DNA of 64,000 nucleotides from assembly GCA_052327205.1 (NCBI GenBank), contig CM126231.1, forward strand, positions 26,908,001-26,972,000, in the 5' to 3' direction. This document shows positions 24,583-37,153 of this stretch, one piece after another. Source of the stretch: Somniosus microcephalus. Lineage: Eukaryota. Every line of letters begins with the position of its first letter. Positions within the stretch are counted from its first letter, which is position 1. A program made the position numbers and the translations under genes. The notes beneath the pieces are model-generated. The model saw only the letters and a program-made list of their open reading frames with translations, searched no databases and was not told where the DNA came from.

Positions 24583-25051
24583 TGTCGGCTCTGGCTCAGC
24601 GGGTAGCTCGCTCTCTCTCTCGCCACGGAGTCAGAAAGTTGTGGGTTCATAGCCCCACTCCAGAGATTTGAGCACAAAAATCCAGGCTGACACTCCCAGT
24701 GCGGTGCTGAGGGAGTGCTGCACTGTCGGAGGTGCCGTGTTTCGGATGAGACGTTAAACCGAGGCCCGTCTGCTCCCTCCGGTGGACATAAAAGATCCCA
24801 TAGCACTATTTTGAAGGAGAGCAGGGGAGTAATCCCCGGTGTCCTGGCCAATATTTATCCCTCAATCAACATCACTAAAACAGATCATCTGGTCATTATC
24901 ACGTTGCTGTTTGTGGGAGCTTGCTGTGCGCAAATTGGCTGCCGCGTTTCCTACAAGAGTGACTGCACTTCAAAAAATACTTCATTGGCTGTAAAGGGCT
25001 TTGAGATGTCCCGAGGTCATGAAAGGCGCTATATAAATGCAAGTCTTTCTT
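24583..25051 (+). mobile_element. Deu-domain SINE
   Basis: Full-length consensus match in the last NPC1L1 intron. Confidence 0.82.
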
Positions 25052-25221
25052 TACAGAGGAACCACAAAGGGAACTGAACAAACCAAATCAAATGGTGCCT
25101 GCAGTTACACCCACTACACCAACCACATGACTGTTCTTCCGCCACAAAGTCTTTCTGTTCTCCTTTACCTTTTGCTAATTTTCTCCATACTCCCTCATAA
25201 CTTTTACGATTCTCCATATTC

Positions 25222-25825
25222 AGGTCAGAAGCTGGTTATTCTGCGGAGAGTGTCTCAGCTCCTGACTCCCCAAAGCCTATCCACCATCTACAAGGCACAA
25301 GTCAGGAGTGTGATGGAATACTCTCCACTTGCCTGGATGAGTGCAGCTCCAACAACACTCAAGAAGCTCGACACCATCCAGGACAAAGCAGCCCGCTTGA
25401 TTGGCACCCCATCCACCACCTTAAACATTCACTCCCTACACCACCGGTGTACCGTGGCTGCAGTGTGTACCATCTACAAGATGTACTGCAGCAACTTGCC
25501 AAGGCTTCTTCAGCAGCACCTCCCAAACCCGCGACCTCTTCCACCTAGAAGGACAAGGGCAGCAGGTGCATGGGAACACCACCACCTCCAAGTTCCCCTC
25601 CACGTCACACACCACCCTGACTTGGAAATATATCGGCCGATCCTTCATCGTCGCTGGGTCAAAATCCTGGAACTCCCTCCCTACCAGCACTATGGGAGCA
25701 CCTTCACCACACGGACTGCAACGGTTCAAGGCGGCGGCTCGCCACCACATTCTCAAGGGCAATTAGGGATGGGCAATAAATGCTGGCCTTGCCAGTGACT
25801 CTCACATCCCATAAACAAATTTTAA
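25222..25825 (+). mobile_element. 3' fragment of a third non-LTR retrotransposon family. Other copies: ~35557-36590(-), 40090-40323 plus 45401-45972(-), 56530-56925(-)
   Basis: RT C-terminal peptide IYKAQVRSVMEYSPLAWMSAAPTTLKKLDTIQDKAARLIG; tail GGGATGGGCAATAAATGC. Clade not assigned. Confidence 0.82.
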
Positions 25826-26476
25826 AAAAATTCTTTATCCTGGTCCTGGCATTTGATTATTAACGGCCCCGTAAATGCCAAACGCTTCTATATCTCTCGT
25901 TTCTACTTTGATCTAATCTCTCTCCTCGTCCCTGGAACTCCAGCCTTACAAACATTCCCTTTTTTCCTTGCTGCAATACACTTGACTTGTATCCTTTCCA
26001 TCTTTTTAAAATACACAAGATATTGGATTATCTCCCCTAGACTCAAAGTGGTTAAGAGGAAATTTCTAACATTATAAAAGGCTTTCATAGGGTGAATGGG
26101 ATATTTTACTACTTTAAGACACTACTCCCATACAAGCTGTTGTTGAATAGGGAAAGACTATGTCCTCTGATTGGGAAGTCAATAATGTGGGGCCATCGAT
26201 TACCACCGCAAAATTACCAAATATTTCTTCTTCAAGTATTTATCCAGATTCCAGATCACAACCTGTGGTTTAAAGTATTTCTTGTTTTCCAATTTTTCCT
26301 GCTGTTTAATCTGGGTAAGGTCCCTTGCGATTAATTGGTGACTTTGTAAAGGAAGAAAGAAAGACTTGCATTTCTGTAGCGCCTTTCACGACCTCAGGAC
26401 GTCCCAAAGCGCTTTGCAGCCAATGAAGCACTTCTCTGAAGTGCAGTCACTGTTGTAATGCAGGGAATGTACTCAC

Positions 26477-26639
26477 CAAAGTAGCTGAGGAGCACAGGGA
26501 GGAACACGAGGCCGTGGACCAGGCCCATTAACGTGATCACGAGATTAAGACGAAAAAAGAAAATCTGGATGAGCTGAGCTCTAGCGAAATACAAGACAAT
26601 GATTCCAGGAAGGTTGGTCATCGCAACACCTGCAAACAC
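26477..26639 (-). CDS. NPC1L1: NPC1L1 coding exon (163 bp, last transmembrane helices)
   Basis: VFAGVAMTNLPGIIVLYFARAQLIQIFFFRLNLVITLMGLVHGLVFLPVLLSYF(G); CAG/GTGAG. GVAMTNLPG and AQLIQIFFFRLNL are NPC1L1-type rather than NPC1-type. Confidence 0.97.
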
Positions 26640-27699
26640 CTGGGAAAAAACAACACAGCAGCGGAACAGGTTAGTGAGGCTTTACCCTGGGCCGTGGCGA
26701 TGATACCTTCCTCATCAATACAGCGCTTATGGTGGTTTTATATACAACACGGGGCTCAGGCACCATTGGTTACTGATGCTTTTAGCGCATAGGGGACAGC
26801 TGTTTACCTGCTGTCCAAAGCAACACTGCTATATCAACATGGCAGCCTTGGCTCATTACATTACACAGGATATACGGCACAGAAACAGGCCATTCGGCCC
26901 AACCAGTCCATGCCGGTGTTTATGCTCCACTCGAGCCTCCTCCCGTCTTTCCTCATCTAACTCTATCAACATAACCCTCTATTCCCTTCTCCCTCATATG
27001 CTTGTCTAGCCTCCCCTTAAATGCATCGATACTATTCGCTTCAACCACTCCCTGTGGTAGCGAGTTCCACATTCTCACCACTCTCTGGGTAAAGAAGTTT
27101 CTCCTGAATTCCCTATTGGATTTCTTGGTGACTATCTTATATTGATGGCCTCTAGTTATGTTCTTCCCCACAAGTGGAAACATTCTCTCTGTATCCACTC
27201 TCAAAATCTTTCATAATTTTAAAGACCTCTATTAGGTCACCCCCAGCCTTCTTTTTTCAAGAGAAAAGAGACCCAGCCTGTTCATCCTTTCCTGATATGT
27301 ATACCCTCGCATTTCTGGTATCATCCTTGTAAATCTTCTCTGCACCCTCTCCAGTGCCTCTATATTCTTTTTATAATATGGCAACCAGAACTGTACGCAG
27401 TACTCCAAGTGTGATCTAACCAAGGTTCGATGCAGGTTTAGCATAACTTCCCTACTTTTCAATTCTATCAAATCAGTCGCGCTTCTGAGTCAGAAGGTTG
27501 TGGGTTCAAGTCCCACTCCAGGGACTGAAGTGTCAGCCTAGAGTCTGTGCTCAAGTCGACTGCAGGCTGACACTTCAGTGCAGTACTGAGGAAGCGAACA
27601 GGTGTGATCGTGCTGGACTATCTGTTCATTTTACTTTACACTTTGCCCACTTGCCGCCAGCACCCCCCCCACCCGCCATGGCCCACTTGCCGTACATAC

Positions 27700-27813
27700 C
27701 GCGCTCCCCATGGTTGCCGTGGCCTCCTTTGCTCGTTCCACCTTGTTTCTCTTGGTGCTGATGGCAAACGACCGTGTCAGGTGAGAGACAAATTCCACAG
27801 ACATGCCCACGGC
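27700..27813 (-). CDS. NPC1L1: NPC1L1 coding exon (114 bp)
   Basis: AVGMSVEFVSHLTRSFAISTKRNKVERAKEATATMGSA; CAG/GTATG. Confidence 0.96.
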
Positions 27814-28256
27814 CTGAGGGATAAAACGTTGGCGTTAGACTCGAGGGTTTGATGCGAGAGGAGGGGGCAGAGTCGATGCCAGCTATCCCCCAATTGGCAT
27901 ACCTCCAGTCCCGGCAGCGCTGCTGTATGTGTGCCAGCCACTTCCTCAGAGGGAGCAGATGGGGAGGGAGGGAGGGGGAACTGGATCGAGCGTAAGGAGC
28001 ATTGCAAACAGGCGTACTGGCAGTTTGTAAATCTACATTCTTTGCTCGGGATCTGATGACCAAACTTTTCTACCCCATCTTAAATGCAACTTTTTGCAGT
28101 GTGCCTGCAGCTTTCTAACCGTATATCGTCTGTAGACAAATTACAATATTTACTGCAAGTTAGCGGGTTTTCTGAATTGGTGACATCAGCATTTCGGTGT
28201 TAAAGCAACAGAAACTCGTTTAACAAAAAGAAAACTGGATAATGATTTGAATGGAG

Positions 28257-28418
28257 GCTAAAATGGGGCAGGGTGTAAATCAGGCAGAGTGTAAATAGGA
28301 CAGGGTTAAAATCGAGTGGGGTGTAAATAGGACAGGGTTAAAATCGAGTGGGGTGTAAATAGGGCGGGATTAAAATCGAGTGGGGTGTAAATAGGGCGGG
28401 CTGTAAATTGGTCAGGGT
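28257..28418. repeat. minisatellite, 32-bp period (two related 16-mers)
   Basis: GTGTAAATAGG(AC/GC)(A/G)GG(G/A)TTAAAATCGAGTGGG about 3.5 times, plus degenerate flanking units. Confidence 0.85.
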
Positions 28419-28916
28419 GCATGTTGGTGGCCATTTACCATCAAAGTCAGATGTACTAAGTGAGCAAGTCATGCAAGAAGGCGGCTTACAAAAACCAAAT
28501 CAACAATTGCTGCAGAGTATCGAATCTTGTTGCAACAAAATGAGCTATGCCCACTCCTGCATAAATGCATATTGCAGCCACGTTTGTTGACAGGTTATTA
28601 ATTGCAGAAAAAACAAGTTATTCTCTCATTTCCCGTAAAAAGAGAATTCTTTGGCCCCGGACCTTTCAGCGTCGACACTCTATGCCTCCATACTGATGCC
28701 TGCTTTTTCATTTCTCAAAAAGGTACTTCTTATCATTTAAAGGTTTGCAAATGTAACTAAGCCCTGCTTCAAATCTTAGTTGAACAATTCCAACATTTGC
28801 AGTTGGAACGTGTTGTTGCTCGCCTGAGTGGGAGAAGCCGAGTGGGGTCGCGTTCGGAGACAGCCGCTTTCTTTGCAGCTAAAACCGAACTTTCTGAAAG
28901 AACATCGGATTCTTAC

Positions 28917-29148
28917 CGTAACCAGATTGATGAGAGACACAGCGTTGAAGTCGATGCCCCAGAGCGTCATCACTCCCACCGTGTCCACGACGATCATGAC
29001 AATTGTGATCAGGTTCAGAAAGCCCGACTGGATGTCCATTCCAAGCAGAACACAGCAGACCACAAAGGTTGGGATCAGACACAGCCCAATATTGAAAATC
29101 CCCTCGTTCACTACGGTCAGATACTGTTCATAATAGACATAAGTGATC
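28917..29148 (-). CDS. NPC1L1: NPC1L1 coding exon (232 bp, transmembrane helices)
   Basis: ITYVYYEQYLTVVNEGIFNIGLCLIPTFVVCCVLLGMDIQSGFLNLITIVMIVVDTVGVMTLWGIDFNAVSLINLVT; CAG/GTAAG. Confidence 0.96.
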
Positions 29149-30496
29149 CTGTAATGCAGAGAAAGTAAAACCACCTCAGCAATTCCCTGCAGAACACACA
29201 CACCGCTACTGATTATGGTTCTCCCACTGACTGAAGTGGCCAAGGCATTGCTTAACTGAGGCATACAGACCTGAGGGTGCTCAAAATTAGGAGGGATTTT
29301 GATAGAGTGAATAAGGAGATGCAGTTTCTCGTGGCAGGAGGGTCAGTAACCAGAGGACACAGATTTAAGGTCATAAGAACATCAGACATAGGAGCAGGAG
29401 GAGGTCATTCGCCACCTTGATCCTCCTCCGCCATTTAATAAGATCATGGCTGATCTGATCTTGGCCTCAACTCCACTTCCCTGCCCGCTCCCCATAACCC
29501 TCGACTCCCTTATCGTTCAAAAATCTGTCTATCTCCACCTTAAATATATTCAATGACTCCGCCTCCACAGCTCTCTGGGGAAGAGAATTCCACAGATTCA
29601 CGACCCTCTGAGAAGAAATTCCTCCTCATTTCCGATTTAAAAGGGTTTCCCCTTATCCTGATTCCCCCACGAGGGGAAACATCCTCTCCGCATCTACCCT
29701 GTCGAGCCCCTTCAGAATCTTATATGTTTCAATAAGATCCCCTCTCATTCTTCTAAACTCCAATGAGTGTAGGCCCAACCTGCTCAACCTTTCTTCATAA
29801 GACAACCCCTTCATCTCCGGAATCAGCCTCGTGAACCTTCTCTGAACTGCCTCCAATGCAAGTATATCCTTCCTTAAATAAGGAGACCAAAACTGTACGC
29901 AGTACTCCAGGTGTGGTCTCACCAGTGCCCTGTACAGTTGTAACAGGACTTTCCTACTTTTATACTCCATTCCCTTTGCAATAATTGACAAAAGAAGTGA
30001 GGGGTGTAGAGAGGGATTCTAGAGTAGGCGGGCGATGGTTTGCTCACACATGAACGATGTCTCCTCGGTTAAGGTCACCAGAGAGAACTGTAGTCAATTC
30101 TTTAAGAGAAGAGGGAAAAGCAGAGAATAAAAATAAAGGCAATGTTTATAATGTGTGTGAATACGCTGTTTGAAATTGATGATCTGGTAATATTTATAAT
30201 TCGAGCACTGGCGCTCTGCATAATAGGTCAGGAATCCTCTCGCGCAATACACAGATCATTAAAGGTGGGGATGAAGGTAAAACAAGCCATGGAACATACA
30301 AATGGGATTCTGGGTTTTATATATGGAGGCACTGAATATAAAAGCACATTTTTTTTTTGCAAAATATTGTTTAAGGCACAGTTGAAGTATTGCATGCAGT
30401 CCTGGCCATCAGGTTGTAGGCGGGCTAATGGAGGCATGGCAGGGGGCAGCAAAGATTCACGGACATGATACCAAAAGGGAGATTATTATAGTTATA

Positions 30497-30910
30497 AAGA
30501 AAGAACTTGCATTTCTACAGCGCCTTTCACGACCTCAGGACGTCCCAAAGCGCTTTACAGCCAATGAAGTACTTCTGAAGTGTAGTCGCTGTTGTAATGT
30601 AGGAAACGCGGTAGCCAATTTGCGCACAGCAAGCTCCCACAAACAGCACTGAGTTGATGACCAGAAGATCTGTTTATAGTGATGTTGATTGAGGGATAAA
30701 TATTGGCCTCCCCCTTCGAAATCGTGCCCGTCGGATCTTTTACGCCCACCCGAGAGAGCAGACGGGGCCTCGGTTTAACGCCTCATCTGAAAGACGGCGC
30801 CTCCGGCAGTGCAGCACTCCCTCAGCTGGAGTGTCAGCCTAGGTGATATAATCAAGTTTCTGGAGTGGGACTTGAACCCACAACCTTCTGACTCAGAGAC
30901 GCGGGTGCTA
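30497..30910 (-). mobile_element. Deu-domain SINE
   Basis: Consensus match with internal deletions. Confidence 0.78.
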
Positions 30911-31257
30911 AAAGGCTTGGAAAAGTTCGGGCACGTTTCAATGGAACAGAACGGCAGAAATCGAGTGAAGGTGTTGAAGATTCTGAAAGGTTTTGAGAGA
31001 ATAAATAGTGAAAGCTCATTGGTTGGGGAATCGGTAACAAGGAAAGTTAGAAGGGGTTTTGTTCCGCGAGGGTTCTTAGAATATTGACGGTCATATCATT
31101 CAAAAAAGAATTGGCTAAGAGTTAGGAAAAGAAGAATATGGGGAATGGCCATGAAAATGGGATGAGAGTCAGTGGCTACTGTTGATGCAGAAAAGGGTCA
31201 CAACCTGATCCCTTATATATCAGGGACTCAATTGGCTTTCTTTTTTGCCATAATTAC

Positions 31258-31474
31258 TGTCATAAATCGCAACTTCTACAAGAAGTACTACTGAACGGCC
31301 AACTGAGGGTGCCGCCCGAGGAGTATAAATACTCGGGCGTGGGCCCACCTTGGCCAGAGACAGTCTGGAAACAGGAAGCTAGTGACTACTAACTAGACCT
31401 CCATGTTTTGTTACAAGTCGATTAAAGCCTTGCTTTATGTACAACCAAGTGCGTAGTGAGTCTTTATTACATCA
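31258..31474 (+). mobile_element. solo LTR (217 bp), same broad family as 3287-3513
   Basis: TG...CA termini, perfect 5-bp TSD ATTAC; shares the blocks GAGTATAAATACTCGGGC, AACTAGACCTCCATGTT and GATTAAAGC. Confidence 0.85.
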
Positions 31475-32827
31475 ATTACTATGAAAAGTAAATTTAAGAC
31501 ATCTCAGAAAAAGCCAGTCTGTGTGAACATGTTCTGAAGTAGGAGTCTACCATTTTATAGAGATGGGGGGGATCAATTAAATGGGGCTGACTGTTTTTGG
31601 TGATGGAGAGGAGCGTTTCACGGGAGACATCTAGTGGCAGAACTCGATACTACAGCACAAGGATTGCCTCGTTACCCTGCCGTTGCTTTGCCGTAAGCCT
31701 CGTTTACACACGTGACAGGGTTTCCCTTGCACTTCCGCAAATTAGTGCTGGTAAGTGCAGCAAAATGAGGCCATCACTTCTAGTTCATCCTTCCGTAGAG
31801 GCCGACTATCCCCCTATCACAGCCTCTGGAGCGACTACTTTATCTGGTATCAATGTGTGAAGAAGTGCTTCCCGACACCAGTCTTCACTTTCCCTTTTAC
31901 TAGAACGTACATTTGTCCCTTTATCCGACTGTTAATTTGGATCCATTGAGTGACTTCCCTGCCTCTTTAGGGAACCGAGGTTGGGTTTTCCTAACCTTTC
32001 CTCAGAGCCCAATCCTCTGGCGTCAGGGATCACCCCGGCAGGGCCTTCTCTGCACCGCTTTCAGGGTTTAGCTGCTTCCTTGGTGACCAGAACTGGACCC
32101 ATTACACAAGGTGTGGTCTGACCAGAGCATTATACAAGCTCAGCACGCAGCTAGACAATGCTCTGGCCAGACAACAGATTGGATCCCGAGTGTCAGAGAA
32201 AAGATTCTAGATGTTTATAACACAGATGGTCATTTGGTCAATCATGTGTCTGCTAGAACAATACCAAACGAATTCCATTGCCCTACTCTCTGCCCATTGT
32301 CCAGGTCTTCCTCTACTTCAAATATTTATCTATTTTCCTTAAAAGGTTCAACGGTCTCTGCCTTGACTATTCCCTACGGTAAAGCATTCCATGCTCCGAC
32401 ATCACCCTGTAAAGACATTTCTCTGAACCTCTCTCTTAGTAACAATTTTAAATTGGTGATCCCCAACTGGGGGAGATAGCCTTTCGCTGATCACCCTACC
32501 CGTCACAATATTTTTAAAAACTCTGTTAAATCTCCTCTTGGCCCTCTCGGCACCAGTCAAAATAATCCCAGTGTCTAAAGTCTCTCCTTATAACGATAGT
32601 TTTGCATCACTGGCGTCATCCAGGTGGATCTATGCTGAATATTCCCTATGGCTTTAATGTTCTTTCTCTAATGTGGTACCTAAACTGCACAATAATCTAT
32701 CTAGGCCTAATCATTGCCTTCTACAAATTTATCACCACCCCTTTGCTCTTGTATTCTATGCTTCTATTAATAAAACCCAAAATACAGTTGGGCTTTTTAT
32801 GACATTATCTGCCTGCACTTGGATTTG

Positions 32828-33283
32828 TGTTAGCTGTGGCTCAGTGGGCAGCACTCGCGCCTCTGAGTCAGAAGGTTGTGGGTTCAAGTCCCACTCCAGG
32901 GACTTGAGCACAAAAATCTAGGCTGACACTCCCAGTACAGAGCTGAGGGAGTGCTGCCTTTTGGATGAGATGTTAAACCGAGGCCCCGTCCGCTTTCTCA
33001 GGTGGATGTAAAAGATCACATGGCACTATTTCGAAGAAGAGCAGGGGGAGTTATCCCCCAGTGTCCTGGCCAATATTTATCCCTCAACCAACATCACCTA
33101 AAAACAGATTATCTGGTCATCATCACATTGCTGTTTGTGCGAGCTTGCTGTGTGCAAATTGGCTGCCGCGTTTCCCTACATTACAACAGTAACTGCACTT
33201 CAAAAAAAAACTTAATTGGCTTTAAAGCACTTTGAAACGTCCAGTGTCGTGAAAGGCGCTATATAAATGCAAGTCTTTCTTTT
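32828..33283 (+). mobile_element. Deu-domain SINE
   Basis: Consensus match. Confidence 0.82.
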
Positions 33284-33860
33284 TATTTTCACCCCAGAGT
33301 TCTGGTCCTCCACATCCCTCAGAGACGTTCATTGAGCATAGACTCCCATTCCTTATTTTCCCCCACAAAATGTATTATCTCACATTTCGCCACGTTTAAT
33401 TGCATTTGCCACCTGTCTGCCCATCCCACTAATTGGTCCATGTCCTCAATATCACTTGTCAGTAGCTCCTGGTGCCGACTTTCCACCTGGTGAGGGATTA
33501 CAGCGGCATCGGTCAGTTGACCAACGGGCGACAGTCTTCCCCGGAGGACAGGGACGGATGTCCGTGCCTGTCCTGTCCTGTTGTAGGACAGGCACGGACT
33601 TCCAGCTCTTTAGGAAAGTCGTGGAAATCCTAGGACAATGAAAAGGGCACACAGAGACTTTACATAACAGATCCCCTTTTCCTTTCCATTCTGCCTGGGA
33701 ACCGAGCATTCCCCGGAAAGGAATATCTGGGCAAGTGTTTCTGATTGAAGAGCTTGCTGTTACCGGCCCATGAATGGCAGAATGGAGGGTGTTACTAAGA
33801 TACTAATACCCACTTCATTACATAAGCAGCTCTAACCTTCGGCCTTGAATGAAAACTTAC

Positions 33861-34011
33861 GTGTAAGGGAAGACTTCAAAGTTTGGGTCAGTTCCAGGAA
33901 TTTTTCTCATGCTTTCTGTGATGTTGGCTGAGAGCTTTCGGGCTACTTTGAGGGCTGCAGTGTATTCCTGTGAGTTTTTCAGAGGTATGTGATATGCCAT
34001 GAATCTGGAGG
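33861..34011 (-). CDS. NPC1L1: NPC1L1 coding exon (151 bp)
   Basis: ASRFMAYHIPLKNSQEYTAALKVARKLSANITESMRKIPGTDPNFEVFPYT; CAG/GTAAG boundaries; close match to the NPC1L1 ASRFMAYH...GTDP.FEVFPYT pattern. Confidence 0.96.
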
Positions 34012-34374
34012 CTGGTGAACAATACAGGTGTGAGGTTAGACATTTCCGATTTCAGGTGACTATCGAGTTTCAATAAATACCGCTAACTTTCCTTCTGCGA
34101 GTAGGTCCGAGTAACACAGGACTCAATGTCCCGTCATGGATACAGATTCAATAGTAGCCTCCAAAAGGCAATTGGATAAATACTTGGAGGGAGAAAAAAA
34201 TTGCAGGGATATGGGGAAAGAGCGGGACTAACTGGATTGCTCTTCGAATGAGCCGGCGCAGACTTGATGGGCCGAATGGCTTCTGTCTGTGCTGCAAGAT
34301 TCTAAGATTCTATATTAAATGCTGGAAGCACAACGTTGAACAGAGAATAACGATTAATGCTGGGTGGGCACTGT

Positions 34375-35215
34375 GGGCTGGATTTTCATTCAGAAGTCGG
34401 GGTGGAGGCGGGACTACAACTTTTGGGGTTGTAGTCCCGCCTCCATCAAGATGCGGCCAATCCACGCGATTTTAACTTGATTGACCTTGTTGAGCCCGCC
34501 CAGTGGGCTCAGCAGGCCAATTAAGGGCCACCCGGCAACAGGTGACATCACAGACTGAAATTTCATCTGTCAAGACATTTTGACAGATGAAATATCAGCG
34601 TTTCACAGCTGTTTGAAGCTGTCAAACACGGGCAGTCTTACTTCTAACATGAGTCCTTCTCCACAGACTCAGTTAGAAATCTCTCCTGCACAGAAAGCTG
34701 AAGGCTGTCACTTTTGACAGTTCGCAGCCATTCTGCTTTCTGTGCCGGTGAGACGAGGGACTCCCGAGACCTAAAGGAAGGAAGGCTGAAAAGGTAAGAA
34801 AATGTATGTAAAACTTATTTAATCACTTTAGACACACCAAACACACTTACCTTTGCACTCATGCACACATCACTGACCTGAACACCGACATCTCGACCCC
34901 TCCAAGTCCTTCAACCCGACGGCCCGCCTCCTCTAACCTGGCGTGGTTTGGAGCCGTCGGGATTCCCACAGTTCAAGCTTAAATAGGGATTAGGCTAAAA
35001 ACTGCCTGTTAGCTACCTGTTAACAGGCAGTTAATTGGCACTAATCCCTTCCCGCCTCGGGGAGGCGGCTCCCAGTGCGGGGCGGGTACCCGCCTCCTTT
35101 GAAACGGGCATGGAGGCGGGTTGGGGGCGGGATGGGGTCGGGACCCCCGATTTCGGGAATTTAACCCCCCGCACGCCTCCAAACCCGACTCCACGGCACA
35201 ATGAAAATCGAGCCC
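34375..35215. mobile_element. PIF/Harbinger-like non-autonomous DNA transposon
   Basis: TIR GGGCTGGATTTTCATT...AATGAAAATCGAGCCC; 3-bp TSD TGT. Confidence 0.82.
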
Positions 35216-35369
35216 TGTGTGTCCGGATTGGATGAAGTTGGTATTTTTCTACACCGATAAATCTGCTGAGTATTTCCAGCATTTTCTGTTTTTATTTTGT
35301 TCCTTACGTTGTTGGATGCAAAGGTGCAAAAACATTTTGCTTCTAAATTAATACAGTCCCAACACTTAC

Positions 35370-35425
35370 CCAAGATCTCTCCTTCTTTGCCTCTTTTCAC
35401 TGCATTTCCATAAGCTCCCAAACCT
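35370..35425 (-). CDS. NPC1L1: NPC1L1 small coding exon (56 bp)
   Basis: GLGAYGNAVKRGKEGEIL; TTTTCAG acceptor, GTAAG donor; keeps frame between neighbouring exons. Confidence 0.9.
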
Positions 35426-36019
35426 CTGAAAAGTAAAGTGCATCCTTACAGCGAGTGAAATGTGTAATACGAAAATATGGAATGAGAAAAGACCATTAAA
35501 TCTTCTAAACCTGTTCAATCCACTTATAATGACTGTTATAAGGTCTACCTGACTTTTTTAAAAATTATTTGTTCATGGGATGTGAGCGTCTCCGGCAATG
35601 CCAGCATTTATTGCCCATCCCTACTTGCCCTTGAGAAGGTGGTGGTGAGCCGCCTTCTTGAACCGCAGCAGTCCGTGCGGTGAAGGTACTCCCACAGTGC
35701 TGTTAGGGGGGGAGTTCCAGGATTTTGACCCAACGACGATGAAGGATTGGCGATATAATTTCAAGTCAGGATTGTGGGGTACTTGGAGGTGGTGGTATTT
35801 CCATGTGCCTGCTGCCCATGTCCTTCTAGGTGGAAGAGGTCGCGGGTTTGTTAGGTGCTGCCAAAGAAGCCTTGGCGAGTTGCTGCAGTGCATCTTGTAG
35901 ATGGTACACACTGCAGCCACGGTGCGCCGGTGGTGGAGGGAGTGAATGTTTAAGGTGATGGATGGAGTGCCAATCAAGCGGGCTGTTTTGTCCTGAATGG
36001 TGTCGAGCTTCTTGAGTGT

Positions 36020-36536
36020 TCTTGCCATGGAAGGAGTTCAGCGAAGATTCACAAGGCTGATCCCTGGGATGGCAGGAATGACGTATGAGGAGAGATTGGG
36101 TCGATTGGGCTTATACTCGCTGGAGTTTAGAAGAATGAGAGGGGATCTCATCGAAACGTATAAAATTCTGACAGGTCTGGACAAACTAGATGCAGGTAGA
36201 ATGTTCCCGATGGTCAGAGAGTCCAGAACCAGGGGTCATAGTCTAAGGATAAGGGGTAAGCCATTTAGGACAGAGATGAGGAAGAATTTCTTCACCCAGA
36301 GAGTGGTGAACCTGTGGAATTCTCTACCACAGAAGGCGGTTGAGGCCAAGTCTTTAAATATATTAAAGAAGGAGTTAGATATATTTCTTAGAGCTAAAGG
36401 TATCAAGGGATATGGGGAGAAGGCAGGTACGGGGTACTGAGTTTGGATGATCAGCCATGATCTCATCGAATGGCGGAGCAGGCTCAAGGGGCCGAATGGC
36501 CTACTCCTGCTCCTATCTTCTATGTTTCTATGTTTC
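36020..36536 (+). mobile_element. CR1 3' fragment inserted into another LINE. Similar CR1 3' fragments: ~8439-8888(+), 11863-12005(+), 12240-12600(-), 15835-16318(-), 20275-20640(+), 22765-23100(+), 26870-27465(-), 29373-29985(-), 37430-38100(-), 47640-48230(+), 48720-49190(+), 51125-51730(-), 53255-53670(-), 54765-55083(+), 56945-57350(+)
   Basis: Recurrent peptide [16 protein letters not shown]...TRGHSL...RNFFTQRVV.LWNSLP and the GAATGGCGGAGCAGGCTCGAGGGGCCGAATGGCCTACTCCTGCTCC tail. Confidence 0.88.
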
Positions 36537-37023
36537 AATGGAGCTGCACTCATCCAGGCAAGTGGAGAGTATTCCATCACACTCCTTTCAATACCCCAAA
36601 GGAGAATCCAAAAAGTAGGCAAGATCCCTGGGTAGATGAAGTTCTGTATGACCTGTCTAAGTGTGGTGAGTACATGCACCTTATGTGAGGTACGGAGTCA
36701 TATCTTTGTCACTCTTCTTAACACTTCTTCAATGCATCAGTGTCCTTTTAAATGGATGCCTGCGATTCACACAATATTCAAAATAAACATGAAAAAAAAT
36801 CTTTCTAACTGAATGAAACATTTGATCCTAAGTTATGTATGTTCTATAATACAATTTGCAGCATAGGAGGAGGCCGCTGGGCCTGAGTCATTGCTAGTTC
36901 TTCAACTGGAAATATTTACTGGCATCTCGCATTCGCTGCCGTCAGTGACCCTAAGCCATCTACTCTGAGCTCACAGTCCGACTATGGCTACCCTGCTGTC
37001 TGCTGATGCTGGGCGGAACTTAC

Positions 37024-37153
37024 CCTTTGGAACACTTAAGCGTGGGAACATCATTCAGGAAATATTGCAGGTATTTGTTGAACTGTTCTACGGTGGGCCT
37101 GATGATGCCATTCTGATTTGGTGGCATGCACTTCTTAATGCAGGACAGCTGAT
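37024..37153 (-). CDS. NPC1L1: NPC1L1 coding exon (130 bp)
   Basis: (N)QLSCIKKCMPPNQNGIIRPTVEQFNKYLQYFLNDVPTLKCSK(G); CAG/GTAAG; phase 1 to 2. Confidence 0.93.

Noticed and set aside
25037-25798. 253-aa ORF as a host gene
   Set aside because: Chance fusion of a SINE tail and unique sequence to a LINE RT C-terminal fragment found several times in the window.
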